DNA from: Phaeosaccion multiseriatum
Lineage: Eukaryota; Protista; Ochrophyta, other classes
Length of the DNA stretch: 64,000 nt
Direction: 5' to 3'
Assembly (NCBI GenBank): GCA_965112735.1
Contig: OZ218956.1
Location: forward strand, 434,001-498,000
In this document: positions 1 to 12,420 of the stretch, one piece after another
How the letters are laid out: the number at the start of each line of letters is the position of its first letter
How positions within the stretch are numbered: position 1 is the first letter of the stretch
Translations under genes and position numbers: made by a program
The notes under the pieces: generated by a model
What the model saw: only the letters and a program-made list of their open reading frames with translations
Told to the model about the DNA's origin: nothing
Databases searched by the model: none

Positions 1-417
1 CAGCAACGAGCCCGCCATGCGAAGCACGAGTGGGTGGGTGGAGGGCAGGTGCCAGTGGACTCCATCAACCATGACATCCCCCTCCCTCTGTCCTTGTCGG
101 AGGGCCCTGCTACTGGCTCTACACTCTCTCATTGGGGCAGCAACAGCGGCGTCAGCATCAGCAACAGCAGCAGCAACAATATCTACAGTGGCAGTAGCAG
201 CAGCAGCAGCAGCAGCAGCAGCCATGGCTATACCAGCGGCGACAGTAGCAGCAGCGGGACCCCGCTCGGCATGCCCCCCCTCCAAATTCATCAAGAGCCC
301 TATGGCGTCCGCGTCGATAGGCGCACCAGCTTTGACAGCCCCAACCTGAGCCCTTCGCACAGAATACTTGGCAGGCCAAGAAGAACTTGCCACTCCCAGG
401 GGCGCTGGCAGATGTGA
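1..417 (+). CDS. 3' end of an unknown gene (Ser-rich low-complexity C-terminus), truncated by the window start
   Basis: Frame +1 is open from base 1 (QQRARHAKHEWVGGGQVPVDS...QGRWQM*) and is followed by an AT-richer 3'UTR-like tract. No recognisable domain. Confidence 0.45.
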   Translation, partial: QQRARHAKHEWVGGGQVPVDSINHDIPLPLSLSEGPATGSTLSHWGSNSGVSISNSSSNNIYSGSSSSSSSSSSHGYTSGDSSSSGTPLGMPPLQIHQEPYGVRVDRRTSFDSPNLSPSHRILGRPRRTCHSQGRWQM

Positions 418-614
418 AGCTACGCACGCACACACACACGCACACACACATGAAGCGTAACTATTTATTGCAACCGAGTTATTACTGAATTGTATCATCA
501 TATATAGAACTTTATTGTGCTGGTTATGCGCTATGTAAAGGCGTAACAGGCCCCGATAGGCAAAGGCCTCAACTGAACACACCAAATTAACTCTATCATT
601 GAACGCGCTCAAGT

Positions 615-974
615 CTACTCGGTGGACGTGTCCTCCACAGCCGTCGTCTTCATCAGTCGCACATACACGTACTCGCCCCCCACAACATACACCTTTTTCT
701 GTAACCGCCCCGTGGTATCAGGACTGCCGTCCCCTGGCAGCGTGTCAAACGCCAGTTGTGAGTGCTCGATGGAGGAGAACATGACCATGGTCTTGCCCTG
801 GCCGGAGGTGCTGTTGGCGGTGATGTCCTCCACGCGCTCGGGCACGATGTGAGTCTTGCTCCGGAACAGATCTTGGAGGTTGCTGGCCTTGTAACTGCGG
901 AGGGGAATTACAGGCACACACACAGCACACACACAGCACATGCACACACACATACACACACACATACACACACA

Positions 975-1026
<52 letters not shown>

Positions 1027-1155
1027 GTCACGCGCGAGAGAGCGTAAGTGGGTATGCCGCACCGGCCGTGAGGATGAGTCGCACAGACACAGGGACAGCT
1101 TGGTGTATGAGAGAGAGAGACAGCCAGAGCCAGAGCCAGGGAGGGAGAAGAGAGA

Positions 1156-1197
<42 letters not shown>

Positions 1198-2943
1198 AGA
1201 GAGAGAGACACATGCCGTGTGCGTGCTCACCTCTTGGGTATTCTATGCACAAACAGGCACTGCTTGGACATGCGCCTGGTGAGGTCACACCGCTCCACCT
1301 GACGCCAAGTCCCAAGCGCAAGCAATTAAGGGTTCACAGAACCAAACAGCAGCAGGAGCAGGAGCAGTTGGTGATGCAGCAGCAGCAGCAGCAGCAGCAG
1401 CAGCCGCAGCAGAGAGGTGGGGGAGACAGCGGGGCTCAGTTAGTTGTTGGCTCTCGAAAAAAGGTAGAGACGTACAGACAGAGTAGCAAGGAAGCTTTGA
1501 CACAAATGGCTGCACCCCCCCCCCCCCCCCCCCCTGTCACCCACAACCTCACCTTGGCCATGGCCTGATTCTTGGGTCGCTTCAAAGCCCATTTGGCCAC
1601 TGTGAGGGTGCTCAAGGCGTCGGTTACGGAATCGTGAGCCCCGTCTTGGATCAGCTTGCCCGTGCAGGCCTGTGTGTGTGGGCAGATGGTGATGGCGTTT
1701 GGGGGGTTGGGATTACAACACCGAGTCAGCGAGGGAGAGAGGTTGGCACGGAGGAAGGAAGGGAGGGAGGAAGGAAGGAAGGAAGGAAGGGGGAGAGGGA
1801 CGGAGGCCTGGTTTGCTTGTTGCACAAGCTCGCAGGCCTCCATACAGAAACTCAAAGTCAAACTCACCTTGACGCAGTCCTTGAGACTTGGCGTGGCTCC
1901 CGGCTCGTCCTTGACCTCAAAGAGATAGGCCGTGTCTACAATAGTGTCGTGTGATAGTCGGAGGGCAGAGAGGTCGTTGGAGAGGGCATGCCCCACAAGC
2001 ACGGTGCAAGGGCAGCACAGGGCCAGCATGGCGGCTTGGGCATGGCGGAGGGTGAAGGTTACTCCGTCCAGGTGAGAGAGAGCCACACCTGGGGCAGGGG
2101 GTTGGGGGGAGCAGACATAGCATAGAGCAGTGTACAGGGTCTACAGTGTCAGGCGCCTTCTCTTTTCCCAAGCTGGCGGCAGAGAGAGAGCGCGCGCGAG
2201 AGAGTGAGTGAGCCCCTCCCCCCCCCCCCCCCATCCCATCCACTGCAGTTTCATCTGAGGCCATCCCCGCTTCCTTCTTTCACGCACCGTGAATGCTGGT
2301 GCGCATGTCAACGACGGTGTCGGAGGGCTTGACGAGCGAGTCGAGCAGAGTCTCTCCCTCTCCATTCACGATACTCAGCCGCACCAGGTCCTTCCCGTTG
2401 CGTTCCTTGCTCACAGGATCTTCTGTCATGCACATCTCGCAATCCAGAGCGAGCACCTGGGAGAAGGAGGAGGAGGAGGAGGAGGAGGAGGAGGAGGTTG
2501 AGGCACACACGCAGGCACACACGCCAACAAGACATATACACACACCTGCGGAAGGCCTGAGCAGTGAGGTCCACAAGGGTTGGCCTTGACCCACGAGGCG
2601 TCTGGGACGATGCCTTTTCTGTAACGGGTGTCGTACGAGGCGTGTGCTCGGGTCTTGGCCAGGAGGGGCGCCCACTTGTCCCCCTGGGGGTGGAGGGAGG
2701 TGCAGTCACGGCATATTGACTCCGACAGACCTGTTGGGACGGAGGGAGGGGAGGAAGGGAAGGAGACATGAGAAGGAGGCATAAAATGGGAGCGGGGACG
2801 GAGCCGATAGAGCTCAGAGTGGCAAGAGAAGGAGTGCGAGGGAGGGGAGCCCGCGGAGAGACGACAGAGCGAAGGGGACAAGCACAACGCACTTGGAGGT
2901 GGCGAAGGGCTATAAAGGCGAGAGCGAAGAAGCTGTGGGGTCT

Positions 2944-2980
<37 letters not shown>

Positions 2981-4926
2981 TCCCTCCTTTGTGTATCTTA
3001 CCGCTGCTACTGGCGCTCTGGTCGCTGTCTGCGCCCTTCTTGCGCTTCTTGCTGGAGGGCGTTGGGCTGGCACCAGGCAAGCCATTGGCCCCACCAGCAC
3101 CAGCCACAGTGCCCGGGACGGGGAAGGGCGCGATGGGGAGGCCTGCCAACAGCACAGCCTTCGCTGGCGATGCCGCTGCTCCTTCTGCTGCTGCTGGTGC
3201 CGCTGGTGCTGCTCCACCCGCTGCTGTGGGGGTGGCGGAGGGGGTCTTGGTCTTGGCCTGCTCGCCCCTCTTCTGCTGCTGCAGGAGCTGCTGCTGCTGC
3301 TTGTTCAGCGCCTTGGCCGCTGCCGCCGCGACGGTCGCCGCCCGCCCCGCCGCCTTGGCCGCTGCTGTGGCAGCCTTGGCCGCCGCCCGGCCGGAGGAAC
3401 TCGGGCCTTGTGCAGCAGAGCCAGCCACAGCCACAGGGGTGGGCGCCACAGGCGATGGAGCAGCAGAAGCAGCGGAAGCAGCGGGGGTAGGGGTGGGGGT
3501 GGGAGGAGAGGCGCCGGCTGTGTGTGCTACGCTGTGCGAGAAACCGCACGACGCCGCGTTCCTGCAGCCTTTCGGAGTGTTGAAGAAAGCACACGCCTTC
3601 CCGCTGACGGCGGGGGAGGCAGGGATAGCCAGAGGAGCAGCAACAGGAGCAGCAACAGGAGCCGCGACGGGAGCCACAGCCACAGCAGGAGCAGGTGCCC
3701 CGGCACCGGCATTATTGCTTGCGTCAGGGGCAGCGGTGTGTGCGTAGGTGCAGGTGTCTCCGCTGCGGCACCCCGCGGGAGAGTTAAAGAAGAGGCAGAG
3801 CTTGACAGGGCCCTTGCCTGCCTTGGCTGCCTTCGCTGCTTTGTTCACCCCCTTGGCTACCTTGCTTGGCGCTGGTGCTGCTGGTGCTGGAACAGGAAGA
3901 GCGTAGCGAGAGAGGTCATTGCTGCTGCCTTCTGATGTCTTTGCTCGCTTGACCTCGGCGGCCGGCCGCTCCACTCTGTCGTCAGCGCCTCTGCCGCCGT
4001 CCTGCTGCTGCTGCTGCTGCTGCTGCTGTTGTTGTTGTTGTTGTTGCTGCTGTTGCAGCTTCTGCTGCTTCCTGGCCTCCCTTTGCTCCTTCTGCTGCTG
4101 CCGGAGGAGCTCCTGCTGCTGCTTCTTATCCGCCATTCGCTGCTGCTGCTGCCTCGCCTGCTGCTCCTGCTGCTGCACCATGAGCTTCTCCTGCTGCTGC
4201 CTCAGGTGCTGGCGTTGCCTCTCCAGCTCGGCGGTTTGCTCCTTTAGCTGCTGCTGCTGCAAGTCAAGCGCCTGTCGCCTCCTCGGCTGAAAGGGAGCAA
4301 GAGAACCAAAGAGGGCACAAGATGAGAGCATGATAGCGAGTGGAGACCCAGTTGGGGGATTGAAGCGAAGCGCGTGCACCACGGAGTAGCAAAGTGTCGC
4401 GACTCTTGGAGGCAGCACCGAGAGAGCTCGCTCGGGGGGAGAGGTAGGCGAGGGCGAAGTCTAAACTGATACAGCCGGCAGTAGCGTCCGGGTGCATGGA
4501 CCAAAGGTGGCTTAGGGGCATTTGGACTGAACGAATCTCTCTCCCTCTTTCTTTACTCACCTCTTCATTTCCTCCTCCATCGTCGTCATCGCTACTGTCA
4601 TCACTGTCAGACTCCATAGGGACCGCTGATCCTCCCGCTCCTGCTACTGGAGCCGCTGCTTTCCCTCCATCGCTACTATCGCTGTCGCTGCTGTCGTCGC
4701 TGCTGCTGTCAGTGTCATTGTTGAAGACATTGCTGTTGTCCACGAGGGCCTTTGGAGCGCTTTCAGTACTGCTAGCCACAGCCATAGAAGCAGCAGTGGG
4801 GAGCGAGCCGTGCAAGAACTTGCAGCTGCTTCCCTGACGACAACCCTGTGTGGTGGAGAAGAAAGCACACGCCCTGGGTCCGTCTCCAGCAGCCGACTGT
4901 AGCACGTACTTGTCCTTCTTCCCCAT
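615..4926 (-). CDS. RNA exonuclease (DEDDh, REXO1/REXO5/plant SDN-like) with three N-terminal CCCH zinc fingers and a C-terminal RRM-like domain; ~8 exons
   Basis: Approx. exons 4926-4561, 4286-3002, 2730-2546, 2456-2288, 2088-1868, 1669-1553, 1308-1229, 895-615 with GT-AG boundaries. Exo motifs VLALDCEMC, LVGHALSNDL, IVDTAYLF, AHDSVTDA. CCCH motifs CAFFSTTQGCRQGSSCKFLH, CLFFNSPAGCRSGDTCTYAH, CAFFNTPKGCRNAASCGFSH. SDN-like C-terminus LFVHRIP...AFDTLPG...DTTGRLQK. Confidence 0.85.
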
Positions 4927-5214
4927 CCTCCTCGCCGCGCCGCACCTGCTCCCCGCTCCTCCTACGCTCTCTCTCCCTCGCCTCCTCAACCGAGGCCATC
5001 CGAGGGGGGGGAATTACTGAAACTCGAAATTCTCCTTTCTCTCAATCATCCCATCCCACTCGATCATCCCCCCCCCTCCCTCATCCCCATCACTACGCCA
5101 CTTCCTCACACCACAGAGCAAGCAAAGCCCCGTCGTAGGAGGGAGGAGTAGAGGCAAAGCTCCAGCGAGGCATCAAGTCATCAGGGGGAGAGTTGGGCCA
5201 AACCGGCGCAAACC

Positions 5215-6597
5215 AGTAAGTTGGGAAGAGCCAGCAGAGAGGTGGGGAGGAGAGGGGGGCTGTAGGAGGACCCTCAGCCCAAGTTTCTCTGCTTGCCCCC
5301 CACTCTTCAGTTCTTACTCTAATCCCATTTGTCAAGGTCCGCTCTTAACCTTCCCTTTCCTCCACCCTCCCTCCCCTCTCCCCTCCGCTCTAGTGGGCCG
5401 CTATACCACCGTCCAGACCATCACAGACAACAACCCGAAGAATGTGCAGATCAGCTACGAGCAAGCTGCGGCACCGGGCAGGCTGGCCACAGAGAAGGTG
5501 GACAATGTGATGGGCAGTACCGCAGGTGAGTGAGGCTCCGCACCGGGGCAACACACACACGGGGTGGGGTGCCTTTGTACGACAATGGTATGGGGGAAGG
5601 GAGCAGATTTCTCTCTAGGGTGGGGTAGGGACAGGGGCATATTTCTCTTCTACGCGCATGTGCATGTGTGTGTTTGTGTGGTATGGACATGAGCGGGGAT
5701 GGTGAGGGGCGAGGGGGTTGGGGAAACGGTCTGAGCAGAGGGATTGGGCCCTCAACTCCCTTTCCATGTATGAGCCAGGCATCATGGTAGCCTTACTTAA
5801 CGCCCCACCTCCCCACCCCCGTCTCTTCCCCTCCCTCGAATCTCCTCCACTTGTGCTTACTACCCTCTGTTTTCTCAAACAACAGGTGCGGGCAGTGGTG
5901 AGTTCCACATGTACCGCGCTCACCGCCGCCGTGAGATGCACCGCGTGGCGCAGATCGAGCTCGACGCGAAGAAGTTCGACGAGGCACAGGTGAGTCAGTA
6001 CGTCAGTCAGAGGCGGGCGGGCAGGCAGGCGATTTTATCGCCCAATGACCAGGCCACTGGTGCCCAAGGGGTTGACTGTGGCCCGATTCCCCATCGCAGA
6101 ACAGAGAGTAGGATGTGTCATCGATCGCTCACTGGCTGCCGTCCGTGCCCCTCGAAGCTAAGCTTTCCCCCTCTTCCGCCCCCTCCCACTTTTGCTTTGT
6201 CATGTTGTGTGTTGCTCTCCCCTCCACCCACCCACCCACCCACCCAACCCAGGCTCTGCGGCAACAGCTGGAGGAGAACGAAAAGAGGGAGGAGGAGAAG
6301 ACCCAAAAGAGGAAGGCCAAGCGCAAGAGGAGGCGAGGCAACAATAAGGGCGGCAAGAATGGAGCTGACGCTGCTGACACGACCCGACCGGCAGAGGGCG
6401 ATGGGGGAGGAAAGAAGGGGGCAGGGGAGGACGATGGCGAGGGCGAGAAGCAGGAGGGAGAGGAGGGGGGGGATGAGTTCATATACGTGCCCATTGCGGA
6501 ACAGGATGAGGCAGCGAGGAAGGTGGCTGAGGGCGACATACCCACGGACGGTTCCTTCCTAGCGCACATGGCCAAGAGGCTCAAGAAGGCGGACTGA
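5215..6597 (+). CDS. PRKRIP1: PRKR-interacting protein 1-like (DUF1168) spliceosome-associated protein
   Basis: Spliced signature [10 protein letters not shown]|[19 protein letters not shown] followed by [16 protein letters not shown]. Exons ~5394-5525, 5886-5989, 6254-6597. The ATG is probably split A|TG by intron 5216-5393. Confidence 0.85.
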
Positions 6598-8084
6598 GTG
6601 GGGGTGGGGGTAGAAGAGCGGCGCAGAGGTTCCCGCCAGCAAAGGCATGCGAAATATTTGTACATTTATGAAAGAGGCGTTTTGTTTGGACGGTGCTATG
6701 GCGCTGCTCCCTCTCAGGCCCTGCCGCTCGCCGAGGGGGGGAGGGGGCACCGGCGTATCCACCCTTCTCGCAGGGAGAAGGAGGGGGAGGATCGGAGGGG
6801 AGAACCACCTTTTGCCTCGCTGTAACTAACAGCTTGGGCAAGCTTGGGCCATGACAATAGGGCGGGCGGGTGGGATGATGGACTGGGGAATTGAGGGAGG
6901 AGGACGCGGGTGCCAGCGACGACGGTTTTCATTCGCTTCTCGGCGAGGAGAGGAGGGGACAGAGAAGGTATTCTTGAACCGAGGGGGACCTTCCTTGCCA
7001 AGCGTGGCAGCATCGACGTTTTGATGAGTGCTGGGGCGGAAGTTTGAGTTTTGGTTCTCTAGGGGCTCAGAGCGCGCATCACACCCACTTTTCACTTTTC
7101 AGCCCCTGGAACCAATCTTCCGCCCCGGCACTCCTCGTCAAATCGCAGCAGCAGCTTGGGCAAAGAGAAGAGGGCGGGGGCGGGGTGAAGCGAGGATTTC
7201 CAATGGCCTGCCCCGGGCGAGGAAGAGACTGAGAGCAGGGTTGACAGGCATCCGGAGTTTGATATGCATGACGCCGCCTGTCCAATACTTCCCCAGCTGT
7301 TTCCCCGGAAGGCGATGGTAGCTCATCGTCTTGCCCCCCGTCCTCTCTGCTCCCTCCTAGCCTGCGGGCAGAGGAAAGAGGGGGAAGGGAGTACGGAGGT
7401 GGAAGTGGCTCCTCTGAGCCTTACAATGTAGCGAGAGGGAAGAGAGAGAGAGACCTCTGGGGTCCTGACGAGAGGGGAGGGAGAGGGCACTTTGACTGCC
7501 ATCGCGCGAGCCCTCACGCTTGTCTTCCTTCCTTCCGGCCCGGTCCCACTGCCCCCTCTTGGCATTGTGGACACGTGGAGGCACAGGGTGTAGCATGGCA
7601 ATGGCATCATCCCGATGGCATCAGCGCGACGGATGCACGGTTTGGGCGCATTGCATCCCGCGCGCTGCTGCTCGCCCCTCCGAGCGGAAGAGTTGCGGTG
7701 GAGAGAGAGCCACACACCGCACGCAAGCACTCTAATAATAGCTTCTTTTTGTTAATTTTAGCACTCTTCCCTTTTTTCAAAAGAAAAATAAACAAAGAAA
7801 CGAACAAACGCCCAAATCACCAAAACTTTGGATGAGCTCCGCAAAATGACGCTGGGAGAAGCGCTATAGCTCTTCATGTAGCTCTTTGAGATGTGTGTGC
7901 GTGTGTGTGTGCGAGAGACAGAGCACCAATATTACCGAGCGCCCCAATATAATCGCTCCTGGCACCGACACGAGCATGGAACAGGAGAGACGCCTTTGGC
8001 ACGATGAACGCGGACCACGGAATGAAACCAACCGATCAATAAATCAACTCCCGATGCCTTCACTGAGCAGGCTGGCCGACTGCA

Positions 8085-10407
8085 TCAATGAGCCCAGTCC
8101 CCCATGTCCACAGACTGTGCAGTGCTGGCTGGGTCTAGCCAACTAAAGAAGGTGTCCGCTCCCTCGTCCAGCTCAGAGCTCGGAGTCCAAAGGTCGGAGT
8201 CAAAGTCATCCAGGGATCGATGCGGACTCTGCGGCTGGGGTGTCCAACCCCCCCGTTGAGCAGCCCCCCCTAGCCCGCTCTGCCCCGAGCCTACGGAGGC
8301 CTCTGAAGAAGGAGATGCATACCCGGGCGAGGCAGCGATGCAGGGGGGAGGCTGCTTCAAGGGGGTCGCACATATGCCGGAAGGGCCCGCACTCCTCAGC
8401 GTCTCACGCAGAGAGTCGGTTGGGGTAGCCGCGGCGAGAAGCAGTTCGCTAAAGCTCCCAGAGCTAAATTCACCGCCACTACCGTTGCGAGGGCGAGGAG
8501 CCTGCTGGCACGGGCCGCGACGTGGATGCTGCTGCTGCTGCTGCTGATGCTGCTGCTGCTGCTGCTGCTGCTGGTGTATCACAAGCTGCTGCTGCGACAG
8601 AGGCTGCTGCGCTTGGCTCAAGCTGTAATGCTGGCGCTCTGGTGGTGGAGCCATCCCTTGACCCATGCAGTGATCTCCAGCCTCAGCCGCAGACGAGGAG
8701 GAAGATGGAACTGGTGCCGGAAGGACCCTCGGTATGTTCTGCTGCTTCTGTCCCTGACTGGTGCTGCCAACGTAGCTCTTACCCACGATTGCCTTGCTGC
8801 CCCCCCTTCTGCCTCCCTTGCCCTCCTCCTCTTCCCTCACCGCCTGCTGGAGCAGCGCCCCCAGCAGCATACGCTGGTCCGACAAGCTCTCTTCCACTGC
8901 CGCAAGGTACAGCTTGTGCTCAGTCGTCTTGGCCACAAAGCCACTCAGCTGCAGGGCCAGCTCCCCCACTCTCTGGCAGCCCACACCACCACAGTCGTCA
9001 TGCACACCAACACCACTATAGACCCCATTGACGCGGTCTCCGTCTCCGTGCCCCGTGTGCGACTCCGTATTGCTTTCCAACCCGTTCTTCCTGGCACACT
9101 CGTCTGACCCAGCTCCCAGTGCCAGTCCATTGGCCCCACTGGGCGGCCCTGATCCCGCCTCGCTTCTTTTCGGTCCAGAGGCCACGTAACACCCCGTTCC
9201 GTGCCCCCCGCCCCCCCCTCGTGGGTGCTTCATCTCCACCGGACGCACTCCACACGCCCGACAAAGTGCCCCAACATGCGGTGATGGCCCATTGCCATGC
9301 CGACAGACACCGCCCCCCATGCCCCCCCCGCCTCTGCCGCTGACATCAACCCCACGCGGTGACTCCTCCCTGGCAGGCACAGAGGGGTTTCAGCGTCAGT
9401 TGCAGTGTCAGTTTTGTAGCCCCACGACCCTGAACTGCCCCCCTCCCTCTCGGTTGTATGGCTTCACAATACCATAGTGGTGCCCTAACCTACCCCGTCC
9501 ATTGACTTACTTTGGCTTGTGCCGCGAAGCCCGGCACTGCTGTAGATGGCTCTTGATGTGGCTCGCGTTGAGCCGCTGCCGCTGATACTTTATCTCCTGG
9601 TGCTGCTGCTGCTTCCCCAGCTTCCCTCCTGTGCCTCCGCTGCTACTGCCCAGAGCGCCGGCATTCCCCTCCTCCTCATCCCCCTCCTCCTCGTCGTCGT
9701 CATCGTCGTGCTTGGGCATTAGCTCTAGCAGCACCTGCGGCTGGGCACACTTGAGCCCAAGCTGGTACAGGCTCTCCACGAACACCCCGTGAAGGGTCTA
9801 CCGGTTCACGCGTTGGGTCAGACGCACACAGGGGGGGAAGGGGAGAACGCAGGTGTTGGCCGATGGGGCGCAAGGTGGCATTGTCAGAGAGCACGAAAGA
9901 GTAGCAGCAGATGGGTACCTGGAAGCGCCACAATACCCCTACCCGATTGCAGCAACGGACCCTTGTCAAACATACACACACAAGGCGGAGTAGAAGAGGA
10001 GTCAGCCCCAGCGGGGAAGGGCGTGGGCACTTACGTCCGACCACGCGAAGCGCTTCTTCTGAGGCTTGCGTGTTGCTCCTGCCCCTTGTCCCGCCCCCTT
10101 CTTCCTGCCCGCTCCTGTTCCTGTTCCTCCCTTTCTATCCTCCCACGTCCTCTGTCGTTTCTTGCTGCTGCTGCTGCTGCTGCTGCTACTGCTGCCACTG
10201 CCACTACTATTACTACTACTGCTGCTGTTGTTGCTGCTACCGCTGACGCCCCCGACCCCTTGTGGGCCATAGCCATGCCCCGCCCTGCATGGAAGGGCGG
10301 CCGGCGCTGAGTTCACAGGGCCTGAGGTCGTGGAAGAGAAGGAAGCGCCGTAAGGAGAAGCCGCGCCATAGCGAGCAGGAGCACCGTAGCCGGCGGGCTG
10401 CGCCATA
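8085..10407 (-). CDS. GARP-type (SHAQKYF/SHLQKY class) Myb-like transcription factor
   Basis: Exons ~10407-10035, 9797-9511, 9369-8085 splice in frame to KKRFAWSD|TLHGVFVESLYQLGLKCAQPQVLLELMP...LNASHIKSHLQQCR, with a Q-rich C-terminus. Start codon uncertain. Confidence 0.75.
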
Positions 10408-10737
10408 TACTGCGTACCCACTGCCCAGTGTGTCCAGATAGAAAAAATGAAGAAAAGAGAGGAAAAAACGGGGAAACAAGGAGGGTTAAGACAGAGAAGC
10501 AGCTGCAACAAAACGCCGCAACGCGCTTCCGCCGCTTGCAGTCTTTGTGTTGCTCTTGTGATGTCCTCCCCCAATCAATGCTGATACTAAAGCTTAAGCT
10601 TATTTTATATTTTAGGGAGCACGCCCTTCTTTCGGGGCGTGAGGGGGGCGCGGGCTCGAGAGAATTGCAGTTTCAGCCCCCTAAAACCACACCGACCATC
10701 CAGAAAAGAGCGGGAGAGCGGCAGAGGGCTTAATCGG

Positions 10738-12387
10738 ATGGCCCCCTTGAAGTCGCTTGTGGGGTGCGGCTGCCTCTCTGCTGCGGCCCTGACCACCTCT
10801 GCCACTGCCTTCGCACCGCCTCAGATGTGGGGCCGCGGCAGCACCATCTGGAGGAAGGCGGCTACTCGAGGCCGTGGCCATGCAGCAGCAGCGGCGGCAG
10901 GGTCAGTCTCGGGAAGAGGAGGAGGGGCGCTCGCGTGTCATAATCCGAGGGGAAGGATGGCTATGGGAACGGACAGCAGCCGTGGCGGCGTCTGTGGCGT
11001 GAGGAGGAGAGCACCCTGGGGCCAGGGTGGTCCTGCCGCCACCACCACCACCACCACCACGAGCACCAGCAGGAGACGGAGTAGCGTTCTCATAGCGCGC
11101 GCATCTTCCGGGCCATTCTCGGAAGAGTCTCTCAAGGAAATGTCCTACCGTGAGCTTCAGAGCCTGGCCAAGACGCACAACATCAAGGCGACGCAGAAGG
11201 GCGACGCTCTCGTCAGGGAGCTTACCTCTCTGTCCGGCGGGAAGGGAAACACAGGGGAGGGGGGTGGTGGGAGCGGGGTGGTGAAGGAAGGTGGAGAAGA
11301 GTGGGTGACGTTCAAGCTCTCAGACGAGGAGGCTGCCGAGTTTGGGCTGGGCGTGGATGAGGATGATTGGGAGGGTGATGGCAATGATGACGATGATGAC
11401 GGGGAGACATGGGAAGAAGCGCTGGCGAAGGCCAAGGCCCCCGGAGGATCGCTCTCCGCCCCCGCGGGAGAGAGCAGCAGCAGTAGCAGCAGTGGTGGTG
11501 GTGGTGCGACGTCTCTGGCGGAATTACTGAAGCTCGACAACACAACCTACGATGGCGACGACGAGGAGGAGGAAGACGAGGACGACGACGACGACGACAG
11601 CAGCAGCGGAGACCAGTCGATGGGCGCTGAGATGGCCCGACGCTTGAGGGATGCGCGGGCGGGCAAGTCGATCAGCGATAGAAAGGAGGTGTCGGCAGCC
11701 GACCTTGAGCGGGGTGGCTTTGACAAAGTAGAGAAGCTTGACCTTGCCCCCTTCAAGGTCACCATTGGCACCAACTTCTGCAGCGGGTGCGGCAGCAAGT
11801 TCCAGAGCGCGTAAGTGGGCTGTGGCTGCTGTGGCGATGGCTGCGGCGGCGGCTGTGGCGGCGTGAATGAGGGAGGGGGGAGGGAGAGGCAGGACCCCTC
11901 ACGTGGAGCGGGGGAGGGAGGCTGTGAATGAGTGAGTGACGGGTACGGGGGGCTGTGGCTGTGCTGTACGAGACGCGACGGCTAACCTCGTGCCTCCCAC
12001 CGACCGCGATGGTCGATGGTCGTGTGTGATTTGATTTGCCCTCCCCCCCCCCCACCGGCTACCCCCGCCACCCCTCATCCCCGCTCAGAAACCCTCGCGA
12101 ACCGGGCTTCCTCCCGGAGAATAAACTCGACGAGATCATCGCAGAGCGAAAGGCGCAGGAGCAGGTCATAGACCTAGAGACTTTCGACCCCATGGAAGTC
12201 GACATCGACCTCGACATGGACGACGACCTCTATTTCGAGGACGGGGAGGAAGATGTAGACGAGAATGGGGTGCTTTTGAGGATGCCTGCCAAAGAGAAGA
12301 AGACCCCCGTGTGTGCTCGCTGCTACGCGCTCAGGCACCAGGGATCGGTGGGCATGGAGCTTCGCCCCGGCTTTGGGTACGTACTGG

Positions 12388-12420
<33 letters not shown>

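Noticed and set aside
6700-8050. Several short overlapping ORFs
   Set aside because: No domain signal or consistent splice structure.
9483-9492. CCCTAACC telomere-like motif (also ~27638)
   Set aside because: Single copies within introns, not tandem arrays.
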